The translations under genes were made by a program, and so were the position numbers. A DNA stretch of 47,394 bases, from IMG/VR virus record IMGVR_UViG_3300006149_000353; one strand, 5' to 3'. Below the pieces are notes generated by a model, which did no database searches, was not told the DNA's origin, and saw nothing but the letters and a program-made list of their open reading frames with translations. Below are positions 12,322 to 22,066 of this stretch, in pieces (the stretch's first letter is position 1; every line of letters starts with the position of its first letter). The stretch comes from a virus.

Positions 12322-13241
12322 CAGCTTGCCTCCTCGACAATTGTCGCCCCCGGATACAACCCCGCCAGCTTCTCCGCTTGCTCCCGGCTCAAACCGGTGA
12401 TGGTCACCGTGTAGATCACCACAGCGCCGGAAGCCGCCGCCCGACCCAGCGCCGCCCAGGTCTTCGGCCCCACAATGCCGTCCGCTTTCAGTCCGTGCGC
12501 CTGCTGAAACGCCTTGACCGCCGCCTCGGTTTCCGCGCCGAAGGAGCCGTCCGCGCCATGCTTGGGCAGGCTGTACCCGGCCCGCAGGAGCAGCCCCTGG
12601 GCCTCGACAACGGTCGGGCCTTTGGCACCTTTGCGGATGGTGTCGCGCTGCTCTGTACCGCTGCTGTTGCCGCCTGTGCCAAGCGCACCCTCTGACGGCG
12701 CGTCCGTCTCGCCGTCCACCAACGCATCCATCCCTTTGGGGATGGCGTAGTGCGTCCACCTGCCCGCGCTGATGGCGGTACGCACCACCCCTGTGTCATG
12801 CCCGGAGGCGTGGACGATCGTCCCGTCGCCCAGAGCAATGCCGGTATGGCCCATCGTGCCGGGCTTGTCCTCCCGATAGAGGATGCACAGCAGGTCATCC
12901 GGTGCGTCCTTGATGTCGCCTTTCCGCAGCCAGTCGCCTTTGCGCCACTGGCTGGTCGCGCCGCTGATGTTGACGCCCTCAATCCCCGCCGCCGCGCAGC
13001 CCCGGCGTACCAGCTGGGCGCAGTCGTAGCAAAGCTTGCCGTCGTACTTGCAGCCCGTACAGGCCGCCTGTTTGCCCCTCATCACCGGGCAATTGCTTCG
13101 GATGGCGGCGGCGCTGTTTGGATACTGTTCCGCCCTGGCCCTGCGGTAGGCCGGTGTGCAGCGCTGGCCTGTCCCGCCCATGACGTAGGGGCTGCCCACC
13201 TGGGCAAGGGCCCAGGCGCGGAGGGTGTCAGCTTTGGTCAT
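12321..13241 (-). CDS. Endolysin: NlpC/P60-type peptidase plus PG_binding_1 domain plus a short C-terminal extension
   Basis: N-terminus WALAQVGSPYVMGG...CYDCAQLV...GHTGIAL...VHASG (Cys/His peptidase). The peptidoglycan (PG)-binding motif is GPTVVEAQGLLLRAGY...DGSFGAETEAAVKAFQQAHGLKADGIVGPKTWAAL. Confidence 0.9.
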   Translation of the reverse strand: MTKADTLRAWALAQVGSPYVMGGTGQRCTPAYRRARAEQYPNSAAAIRSNCPVMRGKQAACTGCKYDGKLCYDCAQLVRRGCAAAGIEGVNISGATSQWRKGDWLRKGDIKDAPDDLLCILYREDKPGTMGHTGIALGDGTIVHASGHDTGVVRTAISAGRWTHYAIPKGMDALVDGETDAPSEGALGTGGNSSGTEQRDTIRKGAKGPTVVEAQGLLLRAGYSLPKHGADGSFGAETEAAVKAFQQAHGLKADGIVGPKTWAALGRAAASGAVVIYTVTITGLSREQAEKLAGLYPGATIVEEAS

Positions 13242-13689
13242 TGTCCGTCACCTCCTCAGCCATCCAATCCTCCGGCCTCACATCCGGCCCCCAGACGGTA
13301 GACGCCGCCGCGCATTGGTAGCGCTTGCCGTCCGTCCAGATCATCCACTCGCCCGCCTGATAGGCATCCTGCGCCCCGGTGGGCGCTGCCCAGGGCAGGG
13401 CATGGTCAGCGTCCGTGGCGTGGTAGGGCGACCACAGGGCCGGGGTCGCGTCCGGCGTCCAGTCCGGGTTGCCGGTGCTGTCGTGGGTCTGTGCGCAGCG
13501 ATAGGGCGCGCCATCGTGGATGGCAACGGCCCCCGCCGTGTGCGGGCCTGGTCGCCACACCCTCAGCAGCGGGGCCAGGTCAATCACATCATTGGCCGGG
13601 GCTGTTGCCGCCTCCGCCATCGTCCGGGCTTGCCGGGCAATCAGCAGGCCAAGGGCCCGCATCCTTGCCGCATCATTGGTTGTTTGCAT
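13228..13689 (-). CDS. Protein with two CBM5/12-like carbohydrate-binding repeats
   Basis: WRPGPHTAGAVAIHDGAPYRCAQTHDSTGNPDWTPDATPALW and YQAGEWMIWTDGKRYQCAA...VWGPDVRPEDW resemble the W..G..Y..G..V...G..Y.C...H......W.P......LW pattern. Confidence 0.65.
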   Translation of the reverse strand: MQTTNDAARMRALGLLIARQARTMAEAATAPANDVIDLAPLLRVWRPGPHTAGAVAIHDGAPYRCAQTHDSTGNPDWTPDATPALWSPYHATDADHALPWAAPTGAQDAYQAGEWMIWTDGKRYQCAAASTVWGPDVRPEDWMAEEVTDNDQS

Positions 13690-14017
13690 CGCTGATCCCT
13701 CCCATCATGGCCTCTAACATCTCCTCCGCCGTCAGCACCGGCACAGGCGGCGTGTAGTCCGCGTCCATCTCCGCCTGGGTGCGCTCGACGGCCTGGCCGT
13801 CCACTAACTTGTAGCGGTACATGCCCCGGTCGTCCATCAGGGGGCCGTCTAAGTAGTTGCCCTGGGCGTGGTGGTAGCGGTCGCCGTAGCCCTCGTCGAT
13901 CTTCGTCCAGCCGTAGGTGTCGGCCAAAAAGGCGTCGCTGTTGATCTCCAAGATTCGGCCCACGTCATCCGTGCGGACGTAGACACCATAGGGTGCTTGG
14001 TGCATTGTGTTGTCCAT
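13673..14017 (-). CDS. Hypothetical tail-fibre-associated protein (114 aa)
   Basis: Good SD (AAGGAAGGAA). Lies directly downstream of the tail fibre gene. Confidence 0.65.
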   Translation of the reverse strand: MDNTMHQAPYGVYVRTDDVGRILEINSDAFLADTYGWTKIDEGYGDRYHHAQGNYLDGPLMDDRGMYRYKLVDGQAVERTQAEMDADYTPPVPVLTAEEMLEAMMGGISDANNQ

Positions 14018-14032
14018 AATTGATTCCTTCCT

Positions 14033-15802
14033 TTACAGGTTCGCGTCAAATGTCAGCACGTCCTCAGTCGCAAACATCAGGGTCGCGGCGTGGGCGCTGG
14101 GGATACCATCGGCGGTGACCTGATACAGCACGCCGTCAGCCTTGACATGGACGCCGCCGATGGCGGTGGCCGTGTACTGTGTGCCGTTGCAGATCACGCG
14201 CAGGTTACTGACGCCATTGCCCGCGGTGATGGTGGGAGCAATCCGCATGGTGCTGGGTGTGGGCGTCTTCATGCGGCCATTGCCCGTGCCGTAGGTGCCG
14301 CCATAGGCCAAGGGCTGGCCCGCGCCCTGGTTAAGGCGCAGGTAGTACCGTTGGCACTCGGCCAGCTCCGCCGCATAGCCCTTGGGGACATAAGCGGGCA
14401 GGGTGTCCGCCGTGTATTCGCCCTCGTAGAGCGCGGCCCAGTACATCTTACCGGGGTTGTTTACGTTAACTTGTACATATCCGTTGACGATGAGCGATAT
14501 CACACCATCTGTTGCCGACTCGGATGGTTTACCGCTTACAACATGCAGACCATTGGCGGTGCTGACGGCAAAGGTGTACTCCTTGTCAGGATCGACATTT
14601 TCAAGATTCTGAAACAGCCACTTTGTTACGGTTATGCCGTCATCATTGATGGTCAGCGTTCCATTCGTTGTATCGTCCCACCATAATGCCCACCGATCAA
14701 TGGTGTACACATTTCCTGTGTAACTGCTTGCGCCCCGCTGGTTCACAGGATTCCGGAAGTCGCTGTTATCCAGCAAATTCCACACCCTGTCCCGCTGCGT
14801 CAGTGCCGTCTGCACGGTGGTGTCGTCGGTGGCGCTGACCGGGATGTCGGCGGCGGTCGGCATGGCGTGCACATGATCGCCCCGCGCCGCGTTTTCTGCT
14901 GTTCCTGAACTTGCTGTACCAAGAGGTTTCGCTGGATTGTTTTCCAGCGGCATATGCTCCAGGCTGCCCGTCTGTCCGCGCGGGATCGTCAGATCAAGCA
15001 CCGGTGCCTCCGCTGTACCCGTGATGCTGGCCGATGCCTGCGTGCCCGGCTCGCCTGTGGTCACCGTGCCGATGGACAGCGCGGGCGTCGCCCCGGTGTC
15101 GCCTTTGGGGATGCCAAAGCTGATAACCTTGTGGCCGTCGTCTGCCTCCGTCACTGCAGCGGTCGGCTCGCTCCCGGCAGGCAAGGGCGACGCTTGGGCA
15201 GTCATGCTGTTGATGGCGGTAGCCGCCGCATTGGCCGCCGTGGCCGCATTGCCTGCGGCCGTGGCCTTGCTGGTTGCCTGCTCCGCGGCCGCGGTCGCCG
15301 CGGTTGCCGCCGCACCGGCCTTGCTCGCGGCCGAGGCTGCCGCCTCCGTGCCCGCCTCCATGGCGGCGATCTGCTGCAGCAGAGCGTCCAGGGAGGGCAC
15401 CACATTTTCCGGGTCGACGATGGCATCCGTGCGGCTTCGGGCCACATTGCCCTCCAGCCACAGCACCGTCCGGCGGGTGTCCGCGTCCGTCAGCTTGACC
15501 ACCAGGCTGTACCGGCCCGGCACCGTATAGCAGGCCTCCGGCAGCCATAGGGTCACGCCGTCCGCCGTGCCTTGCACGGTGTCCGTGGTCACGGTAGCGC
15601 CGTCTGCCCGGATCATGTAGCCCACTGCGCCGCAGCCTGCAAGGCTCGCAGGCTGTCCCTTGGAGACGGCGGTCAGCCGGATGCCGTAGGCCATCTTGTC
15701 CTCCGTCACCAGCGGCTCCCGCAGGGGTGTCATTACGGCGGGCTTGTCCAGGTCAACGCGGTACGAGAGCAGGCCTGCGATGCCGTTACTCATCCCCGCC
15801 AC
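14033..15802 (-). CDS. Tail fibre / receptor-binding protein (BppU-like N-terminus, Ala-rich coiled coil, short collagen-like G-x-y stretches)
   Basis: The probable start MSNG at 15793 follows GGGAGG. Contains AAASAASKAGAAATAATAAAEQATSKATAAGNAATAANAAATA, then IPKGDTGA ... IPRGQTG and a C-terminal globular domain. Confidence 0.8.
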   Translation of the reverse strand: MAGMSNGIAGLLSYRVDLDKPAVMTPLREPLVTEDKMAYGIRLTAVSKGQPASLAGCGAVGYMIRADGATVTTDTVQGTADGVTLWLPEACYTVPGRYSLVVKLTDADTRRTVLWLEGNVARSRTDAIVDPENVVPSLDALLQQIAAMEAGTEAAASAASKAGAAATAATAAAEQATSKATAAGNAATAANAAATAINSMTAQASPLPAGSEPTAAVTEADDGHKVISFGIPKGDTGATPALSIGTVTTGEPGTQASASITGTAEAPVLDLTIPRGQTGSLEHMPLENNPAKPLGTASSGTAENAARGDHVHAMPTAADIPVSATDDTTVQTALTQRDRVWNLLDNSDFRNPVNQRGASSYTGNVYTIDRWALWWDDTTNGTLTINDDGITVTKWLFQNLENVDPDKEYTFAVSTANGLHVVSGKPSESATDGVISLIVNGYVQVNVNNPGKMYWAALYEGEYTADTLPAYVPKGYAAELAECQRYYLRLNQGAGQPLAYGGTYGTGNGRMKTPTPSTMRIAPTITAGNGVSNLRVICNGTQYTATAIGGVHVKADGVLYQVTADGIPSAHAATLMFATEDVLTFDANL

Positions 15803-16052
15803 CTCCCGGCAGCATCCGCAGCGTGACCGTATCGCCCTCCCGCGTCAGCCCGGCCAGTCCGGCCACGGCATAGGTGGTTTCGATGCCGGGCCTGTCCGTC
15901 GCGGCTATCTTGGTCGCGCCTTCCGCCTCCGCAGCAATAACGGACAGAGGCCGATCATCCCGCAGCTGTACGACGACGTGCCCAAGCGTCCGCGTGGGCC
16001 CCACAATCCAGTCAGCTTCCCAGGTCATGCCCGTGTTCGTTTTTATCGTCAT
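15786..16052 (-). CDS. Hypothetical baseplate-region protein (88 aa)
   Basis: Start MTIKTNTGMTWEADW after GAGGAGGAG. Confidence 0.6.
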   Translation of the reverse strand: MTIKTNTGMTWEADWIVGPTRTLGHVVVQLRDDRPLSVIAAEAEGATKIAATDRPGIETTYAVAGLAGLTREGDTVTLRMLPGGGGDE

Positions 16053-16203
16053 GATGCTCCTCCTCACTCATGTCGTTCAACAGGCGATCCAGTTGCTGGA
16101 TGGCCGCCAGCAGCAGATTGAGATTGCTCCGCCCGCACACTGCCACGTTCTCCAGCGCGTTCCGCACGGCACGCAGCAGGTCTTGCCGTTCCTTGTTCGT
16201 CAT
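16012..16203 (-). CDS. Hypothetical small protein (63 aa)
   Basis: Start MTNKERQDLLRAVRNALENV after CAGGAGGTG. Overlaps the next gene by about 40 nt. Confidence 0.55.
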   Translation of the reverse strand: MTNKERQDLLRAVRNALENVAVCGRSNLNLLLAAIQQLDRLLNDMSEEEHHDDKNEHGHDLGS

Positions 16204-16217
16204 GGTTGCACCTCCTG

Positions 16218-17960
16218 TCATCGTCCCAAATAGCGTATGGTCTCGCTTGCCCCGCCGCTTGCCGTCGCGCCTTGCACAAGGCGGATTGTCCGCATTTGCC
16301 CGTCGCCGTCGCGGAATGTAAAATTGGTAAAGTCCAGCGCAATGGCCGGGTTGCCCGTCTTGACGGTGTGCTCCTGCCATGTCGCGTGATGGCCATAGGC
16401 GTTGAAGCTGTTGACGGCGCTGATGTAGCTGGTGGTGATAGTGTCCGCGCTGATAACCCCTGCGCTGGTAATCATGCTGGTCAGGGCCTTCAGGTTGGCC
16501 ACGTCCGCCGCCAGAAGGCGGATGTCCGCCATTTCCGCCTCAAAGGTCGAGGCTTTGACGTAGCCGTTCAGCAGGATGGTGTCCGCCTTCAGCTCAATCT
16601 TGCTGTTCGCGGCGTCAATGGCAATCTCCGCCGCGCTCAGGCGCTCGCCCTGCTTGTCCGTGATCTCGCCCAAAAGCGATATTTGACCATTGGCACCGTC
16701 AAGGCTTATTTCCGCTTTGCTGATACGGTCTTCTGCGCTATCTGTTCGCTTGGCGAGGAGATCAATTCTTGCCTTTTCAGCGTCAAGACGTATGCTGACC
16801 ACGCTTGTCAGTTGGTCGAGCTTATCAACGTCTCCGGCAATAAGGTTGATCTGACGCCCGACGACCTCAACCTTATCGTCTACAACCTTGACCCATGCCT
16901 TGGCATTCCTAATTTCTGTGATACTCTTCCGGATGCTCCTGCTGTTGTCCTTTGTGACTTTTTGAAGCGAAGAAATGCTGGAACTCGCGTCCTCTACGCC
17001 GGTGGATAGGGTCAGCACGGCCTTTTCTGGGTTTGATACCAGGTCGCCATAGCTGATCGAGATGATTCGCTCGCGGATCACAGTACCATCTTCAGGCAAA
17101 CAAACGAGGCACACGTCGCCCAGGGAAAAGGCGTCTCTCGGTTCGCCGGTAATCCGTTCCAGCTCAAGGGCTTCCAGCGTGATGCTGATCTTCGGGTTCT
17201 GATGATCTTCCAGATAGCTTTGCGCTTTCTGGGCGGTCTCTTCTGGCGTATCTTCTTCTCCCACGTCAATTCGACGGGAGACGATTCCCCATTGAGCGGC
17301 CGTCGGCGCGTCCATGTACCCATTGGGCAGTCCGTCAGCATAGACCCTGGTGCACAGCTCCATATCATCCTGGGTCATGCTGACGCTCACAAGGTTCCGG
17401 CGCATACGGCATTCACATTTGGGCGTCTGGCTGGACCTGCGCAAGTGCAGCACCCATGGCATGGTTGTTTGGTCAAATGCCGCGTGGCAGTCCTTGACCA
17501 TGGCAAGTACATCCATCAAAAGCTCAAGGGCGCTTCGTCCTCCGCCTGCCATGGTGTACTCTTCGTCTCCGCACTCCACATCGCCCAGCGTCCAACGCGT
17601 TGTTTCCTGGCAGGACAGGATGCCTTGCAAGACGGTGCGCATGCTTCCTGCCCATTCCGCATCCGCAGGAGCCACCGCGTCTTCCAGGGTCGCAATGCCA
17701 TGCTCGAGCATGATCCTTCGGTCGGTCCCGTAGGTCTGCTGAACTGATGCTACCCGATAAATGCCCAAGCTGCCACACGGACCGTATAGCTCGATAAAAT
17801 CGTGGATGTTCACATCGCGGTCATCCTTGGTCAGCATCATAGATGCGGTAGAAAGAGGCCTTAGGGACAATTGTGCATTCATGCGCGACGGTCGAAGGCG
17901 GTCGATCTCGTTCATGTTTTTGTCAAGCAGCCGTGGAAGCCTTACGCATCTCATAGCCAC
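16218..17960 (-). CDS. Tail-associated protein (Tal / prophage-tail endopeptidase-type baseplate protein)
   Basis: 580 aa, directly after the distal tail protein. The N-terminus ...LLDKNMNEIDRLRPSRMNAQLSLRPLSTASMMLTKDD...YRV is typical of siphovirus Tal proteins. The call is mainly positional. Confidence 0.7.
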   Translation of the reverse strand: MAMRCVRLPRLLDKNMNEIDRLRPSRMNAQLSLRPLSTASMMLTKDDRDVNIHDFIELYGPCGSLGIYRVASVQQTYGTDRRIMLEHGIATLEDAVAPADAEWAGSMRTVLQGILSCQETTRWTLGDVECGDEEYTMAGGGRSALELLMDVLAMVKDCHAAFDQTTMPWVLHLRRSSQTPKCECRMRRNLVSVSMTQDDMELCTRVYADGLPNGYMDAPTAAQWGIVSRRIDVGEEDTPEETAQKAQSYLEDHQNPKISITLEALELERITGEPRDAFSLGDVCLVCLPEDGTVIRERIISISYGDLVSNPEKAVLTLSTGVEDASSSISSLQKVTKDNSRSIRKSITEIRNAKAWVKVVDDKVEVVGRQINLIAGDVDKLDQLTSVVSIRLDAEKARIDLLAKRTDSAEDRISKAEISLDGANGQISLLGEITDKQGERLSAAEIAIDAANSKIELKADTILLNGYVKASTFEAEMADIRLLAADVANLKALTSMITSAGVISADTITTSYISAVNSFNAYGHHATWQEHTVKTGNPAIALDFTNFTFRDGDGQMRTIRLVQGATASGGASETIRYLGR

Positions 17961-18718
17961 ACCCCCCTGGCCGAAGCGAACGCGGATACAGGACCGTCCG
18001 CCGTGATCTTGATGGTCGATCCAGATCCAGGACGGATCAGCAAATCGTCCGAACTGTCAACGGTTCTCTTGCCCATGGCGCTCTGCCCGTTGATATGGAT
18101 GCCAAGAATCCCCTTGTCATCGTGGCCAACGGTAAGGACGTCGTTTTTTTTCATGGCGAGTTCTCTCAGTTTCATCACAGACAACGGCGTATCGATTTGG
18201 ATTTCTCTGACCGATCCGCCTGCCGTGATCGACACATCCAGATCACACTCTTCCGCATTCCCGGGCGGCGCAAGCGAAAGCGCCAGCTCTTTTCCTGTCC
18301 CGCTTGCCATTACCGGGTATTCCTCCGACCAATAAGGCATGTCATAGGCGACAAAACTGATCTGTATAACACCCGTCCACTTCATGGCGCTGGCAATGAT
18401 CGGGTCCTTGTCGCACACCACACGAAGCACCTGGCCCGGTCGGTCGCTGATGGCAAGGATGCCATCCTTGGCCCAGGCAGCGATTTTCTCCGCTACGGCC
18501 TTTCTCCGCTGCGTACTGTACTCATGGATTTCCACCTGGATCGTAACCGTCAAGGTTTCTCGGTATCGGCTGATCATGTAGATGCCGCTTCTTCCCATGA
18601 TGGACGCTGTATTGGTTTTAATCTTGGGTACGCTCTCCACGATGTCGCGAATGATGATGGACGGGTCAAGGTCATCAAGGCCCTGCCCGTCCCTCCATGC
18701 CCTGTATCTTGTTATCAC
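17951..18718 (-). CDS. Distal tail protein (Dit)
   Basis: GTG start in a GTGA overlap with the tape-measure stop. 255 aa, immediately downstream of the tape measure gene. Confidence 0.7.
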   Translation of the reverse strand: MITRYRAWRDGQGLDDLDPSIIIRDIVESVPKIKTNTASIMGRSGIYMISRYRETLTVTIQVEIHEYSTQRRKAVAEKIAAWAKDGILAISDRPGQVLRVVCDKDPIIASAMKWTGVIQISFVAYDMPYWSEEYPVMASGTGKELALSLAPPGNAEECDLDVSITAGGSVREIQIDTPLSVMKLRELAMKKNDVLTVGHDDKGILGIHINGQSAMGKRTVDSSDDLLIRPGSGSTIKITADGPVSAFASARGVWL

Positions 18719-21384
18719 GCGCCATACCTCCCCGCTCTGGCCTCTTGCCCAATGGCACGGTTGACGGTGGGAGCAACCAGCTCGCCCACTGTCTGGCCGT
18801 CCATCTCCACACTGATGCCAGAAATGGCCACGGAAACCGCAGAGGCAAGACGTTCGTAGTCGATGACCAGATTGCCGCCCAGGCCGTTTTCGCGCCACTG
18901 CTCCGCTTCCAGGCGGGTCAGGATGGCCTCGCCCTCGCCCAGGACGGCCTCATAGCCCGTATACGGCACATAGTCCAAGCCCCTGGCGTGGGTCTCTGCC
19001 GGGGGCGTATAGGTCGGATCGGCGTTGAACAGACTGCCAACATTGATTGGCTTAAGCTCAATGTAATTCAGGCGCTCAATATCGGCAATGAGCGCGCTGA
19101 CTTTAGCGCTGATGCCGTTTGCTCCCGCGTCGATGGCGGACTGCATGGCATCCATATTGGCTTGCATTTCTGTGCGGAACTTTTCGCTTTCGTTAATGTC
19201 CTCGGCAAATTGGTTGACAGAATCGACCATGGCCTGATAGGTCTCGTCAGCGGCCAGCTGCATTCCGGTCAGTTCGCCTGTAAACTCAGCCTTTTTTGCT
19301 TCCAGCTCATTGTACTTTTCAAGGTATTCGTTGGCATACGTTCCATCGTTTTCGTTGATGGCACGGAGTATGGCAAGGGATTCCTGCGAACCGTCGGAAA
19401 GCGACGCAAGCAGCGACCCGCCTTCTTCGCCAAGAATGCCCTTGGCCGTTTCCAGCGCTTCGGTGTAATCGTCAATGTACTGGAGCTGAGAATCGAGATT
19501 GTCAGACAGGCCGCTCAAGGTTGGCCCGTCCTTGGTGTCGATCTGCTCCACCTTGCTGAAGCCATCCAGCAAGGAATCGACCATGCTCCGCGTGGACGCC
19601 TCCGCGTTGGCCTCGTATTTCTGCAAGTCAGAAACAGCCTGGCTGTAGTTGTCGATTGCCTGTACGCCATCAGCGATTGCGTTGCTGTACGCCTCCATGT
19701 TCACCGTGGCGGTCTCGGTGGCGTCGGCTATGGCAGTCTGGCTGTAACCGAACTTTTCCATTGCAGGTTCCATGTAGCTGATGGAACTTGCCAAATCAGC
19801 GTTGGATTGCCTGGTGTTGTTAAGAGCCGCGTTTGCCGATTCCCACTCGCTATACCAATGCAGGAACGATTCATACTGTGCTCTGGCTTCATCTGACAAG
19901 CCACCGCTTGAAGCATATTCGCCGGTTCCCATGGCTGATCTGCCGTTGGTCTTGATGATTGTATCGATGCGGCGCTGGATTTCGTCGTTTGTCATGGTGG
20001 CAGCGTTATCGCCAAATGCACCTGCCAAATCGAAGAACTTTTGCGCTTCTTGTTTCAGGATAGAATCGGTCAGCATCCAATCCTGATACTCGATATCCTC
20101 GCGCACTTGACCCTCTGCCAACGCCTGCTTGGTGCTCTCATACATGTTGAGACGCTTCTTTTTCGCGGTCTCTCCGGCCTGGGCCTTTTGGTTGTCGATC
20201 CACGCTTGGGTGTTGTCCCGCAGTGCCTGGGTGCCGCCCTCAATGGTACCGGTCTGGACGTCGATGATGGATGACAGCTCTGGCACAAGGCCGACAATCT
20301 CCTCCAGCGTAGCCTGCCATACGCGCTGATCCTGCTCAGTACGGGCTGTCTCTTCACCAAGGCTGTCCAAGACTTCGGCAAGGCCGGATACTTTAGCGCC
20401 TGTACGATCAATGTTGTAGATGGCATCGGTATAGCTCTTGGTGATCTCTCCCAGCTGAGATGCGGCGGAATTATCATTGGCCTCACCGCCGAAGAGGGAA
20501 TTGATCCCAGCTACCACATCCGTCACGATGGGGAGCAGCGCTTCGCCGACCGTAGTTTTAAGGCTGCTGATGTTTTCTTCCAGCAAGCGCACCTGGTTGG
20601 CGTAGCCGTCCGATGTGCGGGCAAAGTCGCCCTGGGCATCCGCCGTCACCGACATCAGGTACTGATACCGCAGCAGAGCTTGTTCGCTTTGCGACATAGC
20701 ATCGTAGGCCTTTGTGATGCCCTTTGACATCGCGAAGGCCTCCATGTTGGCGACGCTCATGTTGATACCAAGCTGCTTCAGCGGTTCTGTTTCTCCCGCA
20801 ATGCCGGCGCGAATCTTTTCAAAGGCCATATCATGATCCAGATTATAGAAGGATGCCATGTCGCCAGAAAGGGAGACGATAGACATGGACATGTCGGCAA
20901 CCTTGCTGGCGGACATCCCCATGCTTTTGAGCATCGCGCCCATGGTGCCGCTGTAGCGCTTGGCCGCCAGTTCTCCCATACCAAAGGCGCTTTTAGCGCT
21001 TTTAGCCCAGCGGTCGATCTGTCCCGCGCTGTCCTCAAAGGTCACATCGACAACGTTCTGGACTTCTTCCAGGTTGGAGGCAAGAGAGATGCTCTCCGAT
21101 GCCAGCTCCTTTACGGCGCTCAGGCCCTGGGAAAGGCCGTTGGCAATGGTTTGTCCGAGAGAAAAAGAGAACGCCTGCTTAAGAGAAGGAGCAATGGAAG
21201 AAATCTGCTGCTTAAGGATGCTTACCTGTTTGGCTGGCTCTTTGAATTGGTTTCCATCACCGCCGACATGCTCCAGAGCTTCTTGCATTTTTTTGCTCAG
21301 CGCAATGGATTGATTCAGCGATTCGTCAAACTTGGATGTGTCGATAGACAGTTCGGCAAACAGGTCAAATAGTTTTGTCGCCAC
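18715..21384 (-). CDS. Tail tape measure protein
   Basis: About 890 aa, helical and Ala/Gln/Glu-rich. Core motif FEKIRAGIAGETEPLKQLGINMSVANMEAFAMSKGI. GTG at 21384 follows AAGGAGGAAGAAACT (the track start 21423 is the alternative). Confidence 0.9.
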   Translation of the reverse strand: MATKLFDLFAELSIDTSKFDESLNQSIALSKKMQEALEHVGGDGNQFKEPAKQVSILKQQISSIAPSLKQAFSFSLGQTIANGLSQGLSAVKELASESISLASNLEEVQNVVDVTFEDSAGQIDRWAKSAKSAFGMGELAAKRYSGTMGAMLKSMGMSASKVADMSMSIVSLSGDMASFYNLDHDMAFEKIRAGIAGETEPLKQLGINMSVANMEAFAMSKGITKAYDAMSQSEQALLRYQYLMSVTADAQGDFARTSDGYANQVRLLEENISSLKTTVGEALLPIVTDVVAGINSLFGGEANDNSAASQLGEITKSYTDAIYNIDRTGAKVSGLAEVLDSLGEETARTEQDQRVWQATLEEIVGLVPELSSIIDVQTGTIEGGTQALRDNTQAWIDNQKAQAGETAKKKRLNMYESTKQALAEGQVREDIEYQDWMLTDSILKQEAQKFFDLAGAFGDNAATMTNDEIQRRIDTIIKTNGRSAMGTGEYASSGGLSDEARAQYESFLHWYSEWESANAALNNTRQSNADLASSISYMEPAMEKFGYSQTAIADATETATVNMEAYSNAIADGVQAIDNYSQAVSDLQKYEANAEASTRSMVDSLLDGFSKVEQIDTKDGPTLSGLSDNLDSQLQYIDDYTEALETAKGILGEEGGSLLASLSDGSQESLAILRAINENDGTYANEYLEKYNELEAKKAEFTGELTGMQLAADETYQAMVDSVNQFAEDINESEKFRTEMQANMDAMQSAIDAGANGISAKVSALIADIERLNYIELKPINVGSLFNADPTYTPPAETHARGLDYVPYTGYEAVLGEGEAILTRLEAEQWRENGLGGNLVIDYERLASAVSVAISGISVEMDGQTVGELVAPTVNRAIGQEARAGRYGA

Positions 21385-21990
21385 AGTTTCTTCCTCCTTT
21401 CTCCGCAATTCTGGCAACATCATCCAGAATCTGTTCCGCGCTCCTGGTATCTACTATCCCTGCACGGTCGAACCGCCTGGCAAAACTGCTGGGGGCCTCC
21501 AGCCTTGAACCCTTTCCTGCCAGCATCCGGCAAAGTAGCCAGGGCATATCCGCGTTATAGGCAGTAATCTGCCGTTCCGCGCTGTCCGCGCTTGCCAGCA
21601 TAGTCAGGGCCTCCACACTGCACGGCTGATACCGGTGCAGCAGCATCATCAGGCGTGGGCCACCAAGTGCGCGGCAAAGGGCAAAAAATCCATGAGTTCT
21701 ATCACGTCAATGCCGTCCAGGAGTGCCTTGATGTCATTCAGGGACATAGCCTCCATTTCTTCGATGGTCTTGTCATTGTAGGCGCCAATGAGACCAAGCA
21801 CGTCTTCCGCGTGTCGGTCAAAAAGCGCCGGGAAAGCCTGACTCAGCACGTCAGAAATGACCGTGTCTTTGCCGCGAATCACCTTCTTCGCCTCGGTCAC
21901 TTCCGCGTCATTGATGATATTCGTCAGGTATACCGCAATTTTGGACATCGTCCGGAAGCCCTTGCTTCCCTTCATGTCTCGGATTTTCAT
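21365..21990 (-). CDS. Tail assembly chaperone G-T fusion via programmed -1 frameshift
   Basis: Slippery heptamer T_TTT_TTG (minus strand, 21688-21682) in the zero frame GAT TTT TTG. The -1 frame is open from there into the 21365-21649 ORF frame (…FFALCRALGGPRLMMLLHRYQPC…). Confidence 0.6.
21649..21990 (-). CDS. Tail assembly chaperone (gpG-like)
   Basis: 113 aa between the major tail and tape measure genes. A slippery site lies near its 3' end. Confidence 0.75.
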   Translation of the reverse strand: MKIRDMKGSKGFRTMSKIAVYLTNIINDAEVTEAKKVIRGKDTVISDVLSQAFPALFDRHAEDVLGLIGAYNDKTIEEMEAMSLNDIKALLDGIDVIELMDFLPFAAHLVAHA

Positions 21991-22066
21991 AGCCGTTTAC
22001 CCCTTCCTTCAAAATGAATGGAGAGGCCGCCGCTTGGCAGCCCCTCCATGGGAATGTTATCTTTCA

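Noticed and set aside
11983-12759. Long 258-aa version of the lysis-cassette ORF, and the 306-aa-overlapping frames 12488-12982 and 12056-12340
   Set aside because: The N-terminal 146 residues would be read from an alternative frame inside the endolysin gene and are Arg/Gly-rich nonsense. The start at 12321, which overlaps the endolysin stop, gives a sensible TM/coiled-coil protein.
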